DNA of 62,346 bases, filler included, from Collodictyon triciliatum (Eukaryota), in NCBI GenBank assembly GCA_043381765.1. It is 2 parts of 2 records of this genome, joined end to end, with 100 filler letters (N's around TTAATTAATTAA, not from the genome) between each part and the next. Parts side by side here need not be neighbours in the genome. Positions count along the whole stretch, not along the records: positions 1 to 31,293 come from JBHJMP010000931.1; 1 more part is not named here. The stretch is one strand, 5' to 3'. Shown here in pieces: positions 1 to 13,469 of the stretch; the stretch's first letter is position 1; every line of letters begins with the position of its first letter. The position numbers and the translations under genes are program-made. The notes below the pieces were generated by a model, which worked only from the letters and a program-made list of their open reading frames with translations, did not search any database and was not told the origin of the DNA.

Positions 1-646
1 AGCATATGTCCCCTTGTGACTGTCCAGAGTATTCTAGAGTCGTGGGTCATTTGGTATTGTGGGCCAAACAGGATGTCAGACGCGCTGAGTCGGTTGGGAA
101 CATAATCAAGCTCAGAGAGCATCTTGTGGGTAGACTCTGTCACTTTTCGAGTTATAGAGCACTTAACCTTTCAGCAATTCTTTAAAATATGTATGAGTGT
201 TAAACTTTAATATAAATTAATCCGACTTGCGGGCAATCTAGGTCAGAATATATATTTATACTATAAATTCCGCAAATAGAATTTCCTCACATCATAGCAT
301 ATAATTGGAAAGCTTAATTAAGATACACTAATAATAGTGAATCATAGCTCATCATAGTGATAACCTATGTGCGGATTTTTCTATTTAGGACAAATTGACT
401 GATTATTATAATAAATATACTACATATGTATAATGTTTCGTATATTACATAACTGGAACTTTTACCGAAAGAAGAGTTGTGGACGAGATGAATCTGCATC
501 CGATGGCATTGTCTCAGAAGCCGCACAACAGCACAGAACAGGCGAGGAGTGCTCGCAAAAAATGTCGAAGGGAACCGGCACAATCTCAGCCGACGTCTAA
601 AGTGACCGAAAAAGGCGACTGAGTAAACTGTCATACTTTGCCTCAT
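1..646 (-). CDS. Possible 5' part of an unidentified spliced gene running off the window start
   Basis: ORF 365-646 has a GTAAAA donor after ...VHNSSF (~465). Splicing to the AG at ~143 gives an open frame to base 1 (VTESTHKMLSELDYVPNRLSASDILFGPQYQ...). Divergent from VPS35; no family recognised. Confidence 0.3.
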
Positions 647-807
647 GCCGATAGGCTAGTAGTGCCTATGAAGAGGCTCCTCTCAGATCCGCCCCGCCAA
701 ACGCACCCAACTACCTATTCTGCTCCTCTCCGTAGAGTTCTCTCTTATTGCTTCTTTTTTTAACTTTATTTCATCCATAGAGCTCCATCTCCCCTAGGAA
801 AGCACTA

Positions 808-3800
808 ATGGTTGGTCACATAGTATAATTTGATTGTTTTGCCAAATTACTGTCAAATATATTGCATTCGAGGGGGTTGGACTGGCTCTCCTTTTCTTCT
901 TCTTCTTCTTCTTCTTTCGTCCTCTCCTTCACAAGACTGGTACTGCTCTTGCTTAGGTGAACCCGGAAATCCCTGTGGAGGAAGATCAGGACAAGATCCT
1001 TGAAGATTCTCGTAATGTGATCAAGAGCCAAAGCTTCCAAATGAAGCGCTCCCTGGTGAGCCTCACTTTTCCTTTTTCCTTTTTCCTTTTTCCTTTTTCC
1101 TTTTTCCTTTTTCCTTTTCCCTTTTCCTTTTCCTTTTTCCTTTTTCCTTTTTCCTTTTTCCTTTTTCCTTTTTCCTTTTTCCTTTTTCCTTTTTCCTTTT
1201 TCCTTTTTCCTTTATTGAACAATTACTTTCAGTTCCTATGTCAAAACCTTCTTGGAAACCTGCATATGCCGCAATGACAAGGCTTCTGCCAAGTCCTCAA
1301 AGTCTATATAGTAAAACGAACCATACTCCAGGATCAAGGAAAAGTGATGGAGGCCATCAAGTTTTGCAGCGCTCTCATCTCTGAGCTCCGCACTGGTCTC
1401 ATGTCCCCCAAGAATTACTACGATCTTTGTAAGTTGCCATATGCCCCTTCCTCCACCACTAAACTCGCCTACATATTCGGGAAACGGCTGATCAATACCT
1501 TCTATGAGATGCTGATGACATATTCATGCCTCCTTTGGAGCAACCAACCCTCTAAAAACCCAAACATTATCATTCTAGACATGACAGTTTGCGACCAACT
1601 GCGCCATCTAGAATCTCACCTGTGCGATGACTTCACAAAGGGAAAATCGCTCGGCGACCTCTACGAGATTGTGCAGCATGCAGGGAACATCCTACCCCGC
1701 TTGTTTGCCCTCAAATCTGATCATTAAAACTCTTCAACATCAAAATCATATATTGTAGCATAGCACTAATATTATGAGTTGGCCACATACCAAAATCTAT
1801 TTTCTCTTTCTTTACACATGTACATACTCACTTGCTAATGTGCGGCCCCAGGTACCTCCTTTCCACAGTGGGTTCAGTCTACATCAAGACTAGTCAGGCC
1901 CCAGCAAAGGATATCCTTCGCGATCTCGTCGAAATGTGCCGTGGTATTCAGCATCCCATGAGAGGCCTTTTCGTGCGCAACTATCTTTCCCAGATCAGCA
2001 AAGACAAGCTCCCTGACACTATTGAAGAAACGTAGCTACTTCCATTCCTTCCTCTCTCACATTAGCTCCTCACGTGCAAATACACTCAGTAATAACAATA
2101 ATAATCTAATTCGTGTTGAGGGTATATGAGTTGCAGAATGCTGTCTGCCATTTTTTCTTCATCTCACAAACCAATCGACATTATCGGCAAATAAAACTCT
2201 AGCGAGAATGGTAGCGTGAAGGACTCCATCGACTTTGTCATCCAAAACTTCACTGAGATGAACAAGCTCTGGGTTCGTCTTCAACACCAAGGTCCCGTCC
2301 GCGACCGCGAAAAGAGAGAAAGAGAACGCCTCGAACTTCGCATTCTCGTGGGAACAAACCTCGTTCGTCTCAGCCAGCTGGAATCAATTAACACTGAAAT
2401 CTACCGTGAGGTAAGTTGAGCCACAATTTCTTTGCCAGCTTCTTTATAACCATCCTGGCATCCATGTTCTCTCTTTCCTCAAAATTTGCCGAGACTATTT
2501 TTTTTTTTTTTTACACAGGATGTTCTTCCCCGACTGATGGAGCAGATTATCAATTGCAAAGACCAAATAGCTCAGCAATACCTTATGGAATGCGTTATCC
2601 AGGTTTGTTTACCAGAAACGTCATTCATGGACATATCTACCTTTATGTATATCCAATTGTCGAGTTTTTACATATGAGGCATACAGACATCGCAAACTAT
2701 TAAAATTTTAATTCAACCATTTTGCTTCCAAGGTGTTCCCCGATGAATTTCACCTTGGTACATTGGAAACACTTCTTGACTCATGCGTTCAGCTTCAGCC
2801 AGGAGTCAACATTAAAGACATTCTTGGCAGCTTGATCGACCGTCTTGTTAGCTTTTCTATTCGTTCCCCTGATGAAATACCCAAGAACATCGCTATCTTT
2901 GGTATATTCCACGCCCAAATCCGCGAGATTGTTGCAGTAAGTATATCATGGTATCAACCTTAGTATCACCTTCGTAAGGAATATAATAAATATTTTTTTC
3001 TTCACAATAAACGTAATCAAAACAGAAATGCATGCCTTGGTGTGATACAATCCCAGAAATTAGCATCCAATTTCATTCAATCTACAGAACCGCCCCAAGA
3101 TGAGCATGAATGACATTCTGTCACTGCAAGTCTCACTCTTGAACCTTTCGTTGAAGCTATATCCTGAGCGATTAAACCACATCGATAATATATTTGTTTA
3201 CTGTATCGAAAAGTTCCAGGCTGCAGAAACGTCAAAGTATAATTTATATGAAAAGTCATGTATCCCTCAAAGCTTCTCTTGATAAATACGACTCCATTTT
3301 CATGCAACAATCTTATAGACTGGAAAATGAGGCTTGCATCAAAAGGGTGATTGAGCTGCTTACCTCTCCTGTTGACTCATACGGAAGCGTTGTTGCCGTT
3401 CTGGACCTTGAGAACTACACCAAATTGATGGAATACCTCGAGTTCCCTTACCGGAAGAAGGTTCCACGATATCATTTGTTTCTAACTTGATTTCAATCCA
3501 GGTTTATGACTTTTTCTTTGGTTCTTTGTTTCCTTCAGAAAGGAAGATTCCTCTCGCTAGCATGTCTCGTCTGAAGTAAACCTTTGCTCATCAACCAACT
3601 TTACCTGTCAGGTGTCTGTAAATGTTGTGGAAAGTTTGCTTCGCCATAGCAGCTCTCAGATATCTGAAGTGGATAAGGTCAACAAACTACTCACATTCAT
3701 TAGTCCACTTATAGTTGATGACGCTGAAAATAGTGAACAGGATAAGGCAAGTCTGCATATGCGTTATCCAAATCAATAACATATGTTCGCTTTGTGGCAA

Positions 3801-5384
3801 TTACCTCACAAAATATTCGACCATTATGATTCAAAAGGAAGAGTTCGAGGAGGAACAGACGTTAGTTGCTCGTTTGGTTCATTTCTTCGCCTCCAAGGAT
3901 ACTGACATTCAATTCCAGGTTGATATTTAGCCACCATTATAATGAACGCATTTCCAGTATCACGTGTATTTGTTTCATCTGCTGATATAAAAAGAAGCAA
4001 ATAAAGCAATATGTGTTTACGACCTATGATAGCTCTTTGTCGCAGCACGCAAGCATTTCGCTACCGGAGGAGCCCAGCGTATCAAGTTTACTCTCGTCCC
4101 TTTGGTTTTCCAGAGCTTCTCCCTTGTTCAGACTATTCGACAAAAAGAAGAAAAGGTGCTTATTATCTTTATTCCCTTACTTTAGAACCCACACTCTATA
4201 AATTGTGTCCGCATATTGCTATTGACGAACTACCGCGCCTTATTTCATTTATTGTACCTAAAGAGTAAATCTGGTGTAGGGAATTCGCGGGTCAGTTCCA
4301 TCCAAAAAAGTCTTCCAATTCCTCCATGAGATGATTACCGCCTTGGCCGCAAACTACCCAGAATTGTCTCTAAGACTCTTTATGCAGGCTTCTCAGGTCG
4401 CTGATATGTGCGGATTCGAGGCGATTGCATATGAGTTTGTCACTCAGGTAAGCCTGAGATTCCCACTAGTTCTTTCATATAACATATATACCTACTTCTG
4501 GTATTCGTATCTTTCTCTCTCTTTCTCTCTCTTTCTCTCTCTTTTTCGTATGTATTTTTACACAGCCCTGAAGACCTACCAATAACAGCCATTTTTTGAA
4601 TCGGAATATCTTAAGTAGCCTACTGAGTTTTCGTATTTGCTAGGATATCAATCCCCGCACTAACCGCAACGTCTTTATAGGCCTTTGTCCTCTACGAAGA
4701 TAACATCTCTGACTCTAAGAGCCAATGTGCTGCCATCGCAATCATCATCGGCACGCTGCAGCAATCGCAAAACTATAGTGTCGAAAATTACGACACCCTA
4801 ATCACCAAATGTGCTCTCTACTCATCAAAATTGCTTAAGAAGCCTGACCAAAGCCGCTCCATCAGCCTCTGCTCTCATTTATTCTGGAAAGGAACCAGTG
4901 GCGTAAGTGTTATTCTACGAACTGCTTCTCGCTTAATAGTAAGAATCACAAGAGCAATTTTACTTCTCCACTCGCCAAACACTTTTGTAAAGGATGCACT
5001 GTATATTGCTCATGGTCCATATGTTTTTTTTTTTTTTTGGTCATGCAGGACTCTGGGTTCCGCCAAGGTAAACGAGTATTCGAATGCATTCAGCGTTCCT
5101 GCAAAACAGCGGATAGCTATGTGGACCCCGTTGCCCAAGTCGAGCTCTTTGCCGAAATCCTGGGCACTGTCCTCTACTACTTTGAGTCTGAAAACGTGTA
5201 CATCAGCGCAGACTTTATCACAAACTTGATTGGATTGCTCAACACAAAGGTAGCTGGCCTCGAAGCGGGACGCGAAGACACCGTCTCTGTGCTGCAGTTT
5301 GTGCGCAACGTCAAGGACGTGATTGTCCGCCGCCAACGCGACGAAACAAAGTCTGCCCTCTACCGCGACGTCGTTGTCTCTTAG
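808..5384 (+). CDS. VPS35: Vacuolar protein sorting 35, retromer subunit (~16 exons)
   Basis: Spliced exons give [153 protein letters not shown] and LLKKPDQSR...SHLFW. Stop TAG at 5382-5384. The ATG-only first exon at 808-810 is inferred. Confidence 0.97.
1067..1213. repeat. (TTTTTCC/TTTTCC)n pyrimidine microsatellite in VPS35 intron 2
   Basis: Directly visible tandem repeat. Confidence 0.95.
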
Positions 5385-5592
5385 TCCATCCTCCCTGGAG
5401 AATGCCCAGTCCACCTCTTAGACCAGACACGGCGCTTTCGTGTCGCGCGCTTTGCGTCTGAATACCCTATCGATAGCGACTTTGGAATAAAGCCCCGTGC
5501 CAGAAAAACACAAAACCAGAGACACGCACACGGAAGAGTGGAAAGCGTACAATAGTTTATTATGTACTGATTGTTCGCCCAAAGACAAGAAA

Positions 5593-5665
5593 GCCCGTCT
5601 AGCTCAGTCGGTAGAACGTGAGGCTCTTAACCTCACGGTCGTGGGTTCGAGCCCCACGGTGGGCG
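5593..5665 (+). tRNA. tRNA-Lys, anticodon CTT
   Basis: 73 nt GCCCGTCTAGCTCAGTCGGTAGAACGTGAGGCTCTTAACCTCACGGTCGTGGGTTCGAGCCCCACGGTGGGCG. Acceptor stem, D loop, anticodon stem TGAGG/CCTCA with loop CTCTTAA and T-loop TTCGAGC are present. A TTTT Pol III terminator lies at 5671-5674. Confidence 0.97.
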
Positions 5666-6788
5666 ACCCGTTTTGCCATCTTGTTTGGGTGTCCGTACAC
5701 CTGCGCATTTCATATAGTTCTTTTGCTGACGGCGTTTGGCTCCGGCGGCGGGCTTGCCCTTGGTGGGATATGGCACGATATAAGCGTGACTATACCACAG
5801 CCCTTCCTTGACACAAACGCACGATTTCCATGAATCTTGGCAACAGAGAATGAAAATGTCCACATCCACAAATGGTGGAAACAGAACCCACAAGCAATGC
5901 CTCCCAATCTTCGAATGTGCGAGCGGTGTCCCCACAAGTAAGCGTTTGAGAAACGTATTGGTGACAGAATTGGTTTTCATTTCTTCGTGTCACGTCTGCG
6001 AGCACCAAATATCGGCTCCCAACCCTCATAAGCGATACAGCCGTTGGCGTGGCGAAAGGAGCAAACACGATGACTGGGTGGGGCGTTTGAACGTGTTGGA
6101 CTGGCTGGAGGCCGATGCCTCTCATCCCTCTGGTTGTTGGTTTGCATCGCGCCCTCCGCCCTTGCGCGCATCATCACCAATCTTTCACGGACAATCACTA
6201 GAAAAGAAGACTAAAAAGTTTCCAGAGTCCCGTGACGAATTTTTTTTAATATATTTTTTTCCTCCGTTTTATTCTCGCCGCCACCTTCTCGCCTTCCTCT
6301 TCAGTGTGTCCCTGAGGCCTCTCCTTACCCTAGCTACCTACTGTTATTTTTGCTCCCAATTTGTCGTAGTTCCCCGTCTTTTCATTTCTCTTTCCAAGCT
6401 GGTGATGCTTCCTCTTAAATGTTCCATCTGATCGCTGCCGTACTCTTATCCACAGGCTTCGATATGCGAGCAGATAGTAAATTCTATTTGCGACTGTTTT
6501 CTCCCACTTAAACATCTACCAACCCAGATGCTGTGCGGCTAGACGATTTTACCAAAAACAACAAAGAGCAACCTTTAACTTTTTTGTTCTTGCTACGCAT
6601 AAGCCCAAAACAAAACACATACACAAACTAAACGACAAAAAGAAAAGAGAAGAAAAAGAAAAGCATGCAATATATACATCTGAGAGGGATGCTTTACATA
6701 CCCATCGTTTTGGTTTAAGTGGAATACCTATATTTTATTTCTAAAAATAGCTTGCTGGGTGCTGGCCTGTTAAATCCTTATCTTAATC

Positions 6789-6991
<203 letters not shown>

Positions 6992-7079
6992 TTTCAAGGT
7001 TGGACACTACCTCTAAGGAATGGTTATTCGACCGATCAACAGACCTTTAAGAGGCGGGAGAATGCTGCAAGTTTAGAGA

Positions 7080-10000
7080 TTGCATAAGGAGACTGGCCTT
7101 GCTGCGATAAAAGCTTTTGAAACGAAAGTGGGCACCTGCAAGAAGTTTTTCGGGAAGGAATGCATAGAAGCAAAGAGTTCACGATCTGCTATATTATATT
7201 TGACTTTCTTTTTCATGGCCGGCCCCATTTGTTGTGAAATGGCACCCGAGCCGGACTTTCAAGTCATCAACAATCAAAACCTAACGTCAGCACCAGCACC
7301 ATTCAAGAAGAGTTCATTTGAGTTTCGCCTATGTCCGTTTCCAAATAATGACTTTTGTCTGTGCGCACCTACTTCAAAGACATTCTGTGAGGCTGGTTAC
7401 TACTGCACAGTCCATGCATTATCCAACGAAGTGATTAAACGCCCTTGCTCTTTGGGTAAACTGAATTCATAACACTTTGCATTCTATCATATTTCTTTTA
7501 CTTTCCTCAATCTATTGGTCTGAATATCTAATTCCTGGGATAGTTTGTTCCAAAAATAAATATGTTAAAAAAAAACCAACTGATGGTTTGCTACGTCAAA
7601 CGTATGTCATTTTCATACATCCAAATATGTAGGATTCTATTGCCCGGAAAATACTACAGAACCCATTCACTGTTGCCAGGGATACTATTGTCCGGACCCA
7701 ACGGCTATCAAGATATGTCCGAAAGGTCATTTTTGCAGTATTGGGCAGATAGAACCAACAAGTAAATAATTTACTTTGACGAAGGATACGATAGCGCAGC
7801 CCATTATTATTATTATTATTTTTTTTTTTTACATTTCACCCTGTTTCTTTCAAACTCCATGGAAACAGTGATATGACTAGCAAATAATGAAAAATCAAAA
7901 TCAAGTTATAGAATAGAAGAGACATATTCAGAACATACTTGAAGGATTATATATGGTGAACAAAATCGATACCAAACTCTTTTCTGCCTGATATTATGCT
8001 TATTGTAGGATGCGCTCCTTTATCGAGCTGCCCTGAAGGCTCAAAGGAACAGAAGAAGATAGGTTCGATGGCTATATTTAGTATCGTTGTTTTTTTAATG
8101 GGAGTAGGCTATATTATGGCAGAGTACAGTGTGCTTCGACACAGAAGGATCAAAATGGCGAGGCGTGAAGCGTATGATTAACAGAAAAATATTTTTATTA
8201 TGACCGAAGACGGTATGCGAAAGATTTGTTTTGTTCTTTTACTATATCTGTCTCTTACCACAATCCACTTTACTCTTGAAATTATATTTGATGCAGAATA
8301 AAAAAAGGAGAGATTGAACTTCAGCCCCTCGTGAATGTAAGCCTGGCCCCAAGGACAGAAACGTTTGCGATTCAATTTAATGAGCTGGGCCTCACTCTAC
8401 CTGGTGGCCGGGTAATCATGAATGGTGTGAATGGAGAGCTACTTCCCGGAAAAGTCACAGCCATTATGGGTTCCTTATTTAAGAGACACGAAAACTTAAC
8501 CCGATCTAAAATTTATATGTTTTCCTCTCTTTCTTTTTTTAATCGTCACGGCCTGGAAGACAACTTTGAGTAGACCTCCTAACTCTCTTCTCCACACACG
8601 CACACAGGTCCAAGTGGTGCCGGTAAAACCACATTCCTCTCTCTTATCTCAGGAAAAGTGAAGAAGACGAAAGGGACTGTCCTTATTAATGGTGTGGAGG
8701 AACCTCTGGGAATGGTCAAATTCAAAAAGCTGATTGGCTTTGTTCCCCAAGAAGACATCATGTTGAGAACCATGACTGTTAAGGTATTTCAATATTCTCT
8801 TTCTTTTTTTTTTTCTGCGCTGGCAGAATGAGAATAATGATAAACATGTATATTTTAATTTATACATCAACATTAATGGAAATATTTATCCTTTCAATTG
8901 CATCGCTAGGAAAACTTGGTTTTTAGTGCACGCTATCGGCTGCCTACCCACATAAAAGATCATGAGAAGATTGTTAGAGTTGGGGAAGTATGTGCACCAT
9001 CATGGAATTATGTTTAATTTCCTATGTTTTGTCATCAACCTTATGCTCACGTATTTGAGTACCTTATATTTTAACGACAATATTCGAAAGGTTTTAGAGG
9101 TCCTAGGACTGACAGACATCATGTACTCAGTTATTGGCGATGAAAGGCAGCGAGGAATCAGCGGTGGTCAAAGAAAAAGAGTAAATATTGGAATGGAACT
9201 TGTCGCAGACCCTTCCATTTTGTTTCTGGATGAACCGACATCAGGTAGGATATAAAAAAATATGAGATTTTAGTCTAAAATTTCATTTTTGGATTATCAA
9301 AAAGAAATGACGATACAGATTCGTTTGCTTTTTAACCCTAGTGCGCTCATATATATTGTTTTTTTTTTTTTTTAATATTCCTAGACCTTTAAACTTGACC
9401 AAAAATGGAAATAGGATTGGATAGCACGTCATCCGATGAAGTTTGCAATTGCCTTCGCAATATTTCAGCGTTGGGGATAACAATAGCGACTGTTTTACAC
9501 CAACCTAGATATGAAATATTACAGAAGATTGACAATATCCTCCTGCTTGGAAAAGGTGGGAGGACTGTATACATCGGTCCAACTCAGGGTGCACTCACAC
9601 ACTTTACAGAAATGGGATATATACTACCTCAGCATGGAAATCCGGCCGATTTGTCAGTGATTAAATTACTCCATTCTAATCATAACTTCTGATTTTTTTT
9701 GAATTTTTTTCTTTTTTCTGTCCCCACACCCCACCGGAAGCTTCCTATATATTTATTAAACGCATAAAAAAACCATGTATTTACCAGAGTAATGCCTATA
9801 TTTCTCTATTGAAGTTTCATGGATGCAATATCCGGGAAAATTCACAAGTATAAAGAGAAGCAGCTTACTATAGAAGGTTTTTATTCACGGGGAATTACTC
9901 ATTCAATTTCGGTTTATTGCCTGACAATATTTTATATGCAATCCTAATATTTTCATAATTAATTCTTAAAATAACAACTGTCTAATAGGTAAAGAATTTT

Positions 10001-12519
10001 TTCCAGATGCCATTCTAAACACGTTACCAAATATGTAGTCCTCGAGAGCCTTGGTGTCGAAGATATGATCATATTTTCTCAATTTCTCAACTTGCCTGAT
10101 GATGTTAGTGAGACTATAGCCACAGAGCGAATTGATGGAAAGCGTTTGGTGGCTATGTCTCAAGAAGAATTGAACTCCAACTTTGGGGAGGGAAGCAGCA
10201 AGGTTATTGACATAGTTCGATATCCAACAAACTGTAAGCAAACTAATTAAAGGAGTTCTCTAAATGAAGATTTTGTTGGCATAAATTATACGGTGTATAT
10301 TTGTACCCAATTTTTACAATAATTTTACTAGAAATAAAACAAATCCTTATCGTATTTCTGTTTTCTGGACTTTTATTGCATGACTATCATTTTTTTTCTT
10401 AAAAACATCTTCCGATGCAGATAACTATTTGATGAAAAACTTGGATTTCGGCAGGGACAAACTTTTTGAGACTTGGGAGAGAAAGTCTGGAAGGTTTACT
10501 GGGAAAATGGCATTTTCTAACTTTGAAACGGAACCCGAATTCACAATATTCAGTGAAGCCCTGAATGATGCAAAATTGTGGTATTCCGAAATTGTTGATG
10601 CATTATTTGGTTCATTTTACAAGGACACCTTCCGTCAAACTCCAGGGTTTGTATGGCAGTTTATATTCTGCCTTTGGAGGGCTTTCGTTCAAACTTATCG
10701 AGACAGAAGCACCATAGTGTTTGATTCAACTATGCATATGCTTGCTGGTCTCTTCTTGGGACTCGCCTCAAACGGTTTGGAATATATAAGCCCTATCCCT
10801 GTAGAGCTCTCTTATAATTGTCCGTACGAGCTGTTAGTCCAGAAGAAATGCAACTTGCCCATTAGCGATAATTTCGTTCAAGGAGGGAGTAAGATGCCAG
10901 ATACTTGAATCATTTTATTAATAATTTTCTCTTTTTTTTTAACAAAAAAAATTGGTTCATTTATTTCTTGAACCTAACCAGGAGGTACATAGCCTTTTGA
11001 ATGCCTGGCACACATTCAACACTGAAACATATGTCATATAGTTTATAATATTTTTTTTTAAAACCAAATAATACTCTACTAATGACCCTTTTCCTCCCAT
11101 TCACAATTTCACATGAAATTTCGTTACTGCCGATTCGTCTTCTTTGATCTCAAAGACCTCATTTGCTGGGCGATTGGTGAACTCTTTACTTATTTATTAT
11201 TGTTATTAAATTTCAATTTGACCCTGTTCTCGTTGACATTGATTAATTACTGCCATTTTTTCCCATCGCTTACAAAAAAAAAAAAAAATTCAATAAGTTG
11301 TGTTCATCTCTTTTGTTTGTATAACTACCATTCAATTATTGATTCCCCCCACTGCATTATCTGAATATATTATGCCTACACATGTTAACGCGTACTTTTT
11401 GATAAGCTCCTACTGTATTCCTTTTTTTTTTTTCTCATACCGTGGGATTTCAAAGGGTTTGCTGGAATAGCAGTCGGCTCTGGGACATTTGGAAATGAAA
11501 AGGTTGTCTACTGGCGCGACGCGTCGGCAGGATTGAATCCATTTAGCTATTTCTTTGCCAAAATAGTAGCCGATATACCCCGTTTAGTGAGTCTAGAGTG
11601 TTTCGACATTATGTATCCTGATACAGCAAGAAAGTATATCAGTCAACAACATTCGAAGTGACCCTTTCCTTTCATCTATAGTTGCTCTTCAGCACATTAT
11701 TTTTCCTGACCTACATAGTCATGTTTTCACCTTCTTGTCGGTTGGACCATCTTTATGTTCTAGTTCTGATGCTATACTGGTCTGGATTCAGTTGTGGGTA
11801 GGATTTCAACAACCTGCGAGCTTTTTTTAAACCCCTCTTTGTTTTGAAGTTCCAATACTTTACGCTTGTTTACTTGTGCTTTGAAGGCCCTGTCATCACA
11901 GAACTATTGACGATACACACATATGGGAAGGTACTTTATTTCGCAGCTTGTCGAAGTCGAAGCTGCGCCTTTGGTAGGCATTGCTTTTGCCCTGGTGTGG
12001 TCTGTTGTCTTCTCTGGCTCCAATCCTCGTCTTGAAGAAATATCCGGTATATTCGGCTCTTCTTTTCTCGTGTTGTGGGATATATCATATGCCAGGTAAT
12101 TATATCCGGTAAATCTACATTCTTTATTATAGCCCTTTCAGAATAGGGCTTATCCGTACTGAGCTGATAGACTCAACGGCAGAAGGATTTAATATTTCTT
12201 TTGTGTTAAATACATACCGCTCTTCAGGTGGGGCATTGAGGCGTACTATATTATCAACGTCACTCCGTTCGATTTTGGAAATGTTGGGGCTGGACTAGAG
12301 TACTGGTAGGGATAAACCAACCTTCAATCGTAGAGAGAACTCTTTGTGACTGTTTTGGTTCACCGACACCAGATACGGCCTGACGAAATATTTATTAATA
12401 GGGGATACGATTTGAATGCCTTCTGGGATTGCATCGGCCGAATATTTGGTATTTGTTTTATGTGGCAATGCGTAGCATTGTTTGTCATGCTTGTAAAAGA
12501 CCGCGACAAGAAGAAATAA
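7080..12519 (+). CDS. ABCG-family half transporter with N-terminal Cys-rich ectodomain (plant ABCG24/28-like architecture), multi-exon; start codon uncertain
   Basis: Cys repeats CEAGYYC, GFYCP, GYYCP, CPKGHFC and CPEGS, then a TM helix (~8060-8130). Walker [13 protein letters not shown]-loop GFVPQEDIM, signature [12 protein letters not shown], Walker [14 protein letters not shown]-loop VLHQPR and NPADFFMD. TMD motifs [15 protein letters not shown] and [11 protein letters not shown]. Ends ...DRDKKK TAA at 12517-12519. Confidence 0.93.
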
Positions 12520-13469
12520 ACTTGTTCGCTGTTTCCTTGGCATGTGCAGCGGGACATCGAATAAACAGATTTCGGCTTGGCCAACCCCTCGCTCCTCATT
12601 TCCCATAGCACCAACCTTTCCTGCAACCCTATCCAGCAATTATTCATCCGATAGTGGCCTGCACAACCACCGATATTTTGTTATCTACGCATGAGGATAT
12701 CATGCGCATTCAGTATCATTTTGGTTGTTTGCTCATTTGCTTGTTTTTCAATGGTCTGTATCTAATTTTCCTCGCTTCGCGCTCTCAAAAGACACAGACG
12801 AAGAGCAGAAAGACCTTCTATCTAAATTTGGGAAATATAATAAAATTGCACAAATTATCTCAAAATGCGTAACGGAGCCATTCATTCCAATTTCCAAACG
12901 CTGGGCGTGTGGTTTAGTCTAAATGAGGACGATGAAAAACGCTATCAACACGCTGGTAACCAAGAAGGAAATTCTATGATTTCTTCCATAGCGATTTTAG
13001 TCGGCGCCGTTGACAGGCTGATTTTCATGTGTGGCTTATACAAGAGCCATACACTCGCGGGGATGCGATCGCTTCTGTGGTGTATAAACCAGAAGATTAA
13101 TTATTGTTTTTCCTCCTGCTGTGCTGTCTACTCTGGAGATATCTAGGCTGCTCTTTTTTTTTTTCTCGCTGGAGAAGCCCTCTTTTTCTTCGTCCTCTCT
13201 TTCTTTTCCCTATCTTTGCTCCTTTTCTACTATTCTCAGCCTTGATTGGTCGACTAGGATATGAATCCAACTAATGCTAAGCTCTCAGAAACACTAACCT
13301 TCAACACTTCGTTGCCTCTAGAGACACCCACCACTTTCGCAAAAGAAAGAGGAGGAAAAGTACTGGAAGAGGACGAAAAAGAGCAAGTAGCCGTGGACTA
13401 GAAAACAATACAAATATTAAGAAAGCAACTGAGATAAAGAAAAGAAGAAGAAAAGAAAGTAAACAAACC

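Noticed and set aside
5808-6431. 207-aa ORF downstream of the tRNA
   Set aside because: It has a non-ATG start, no recognisable domain, and runs into low-complexity sequence.
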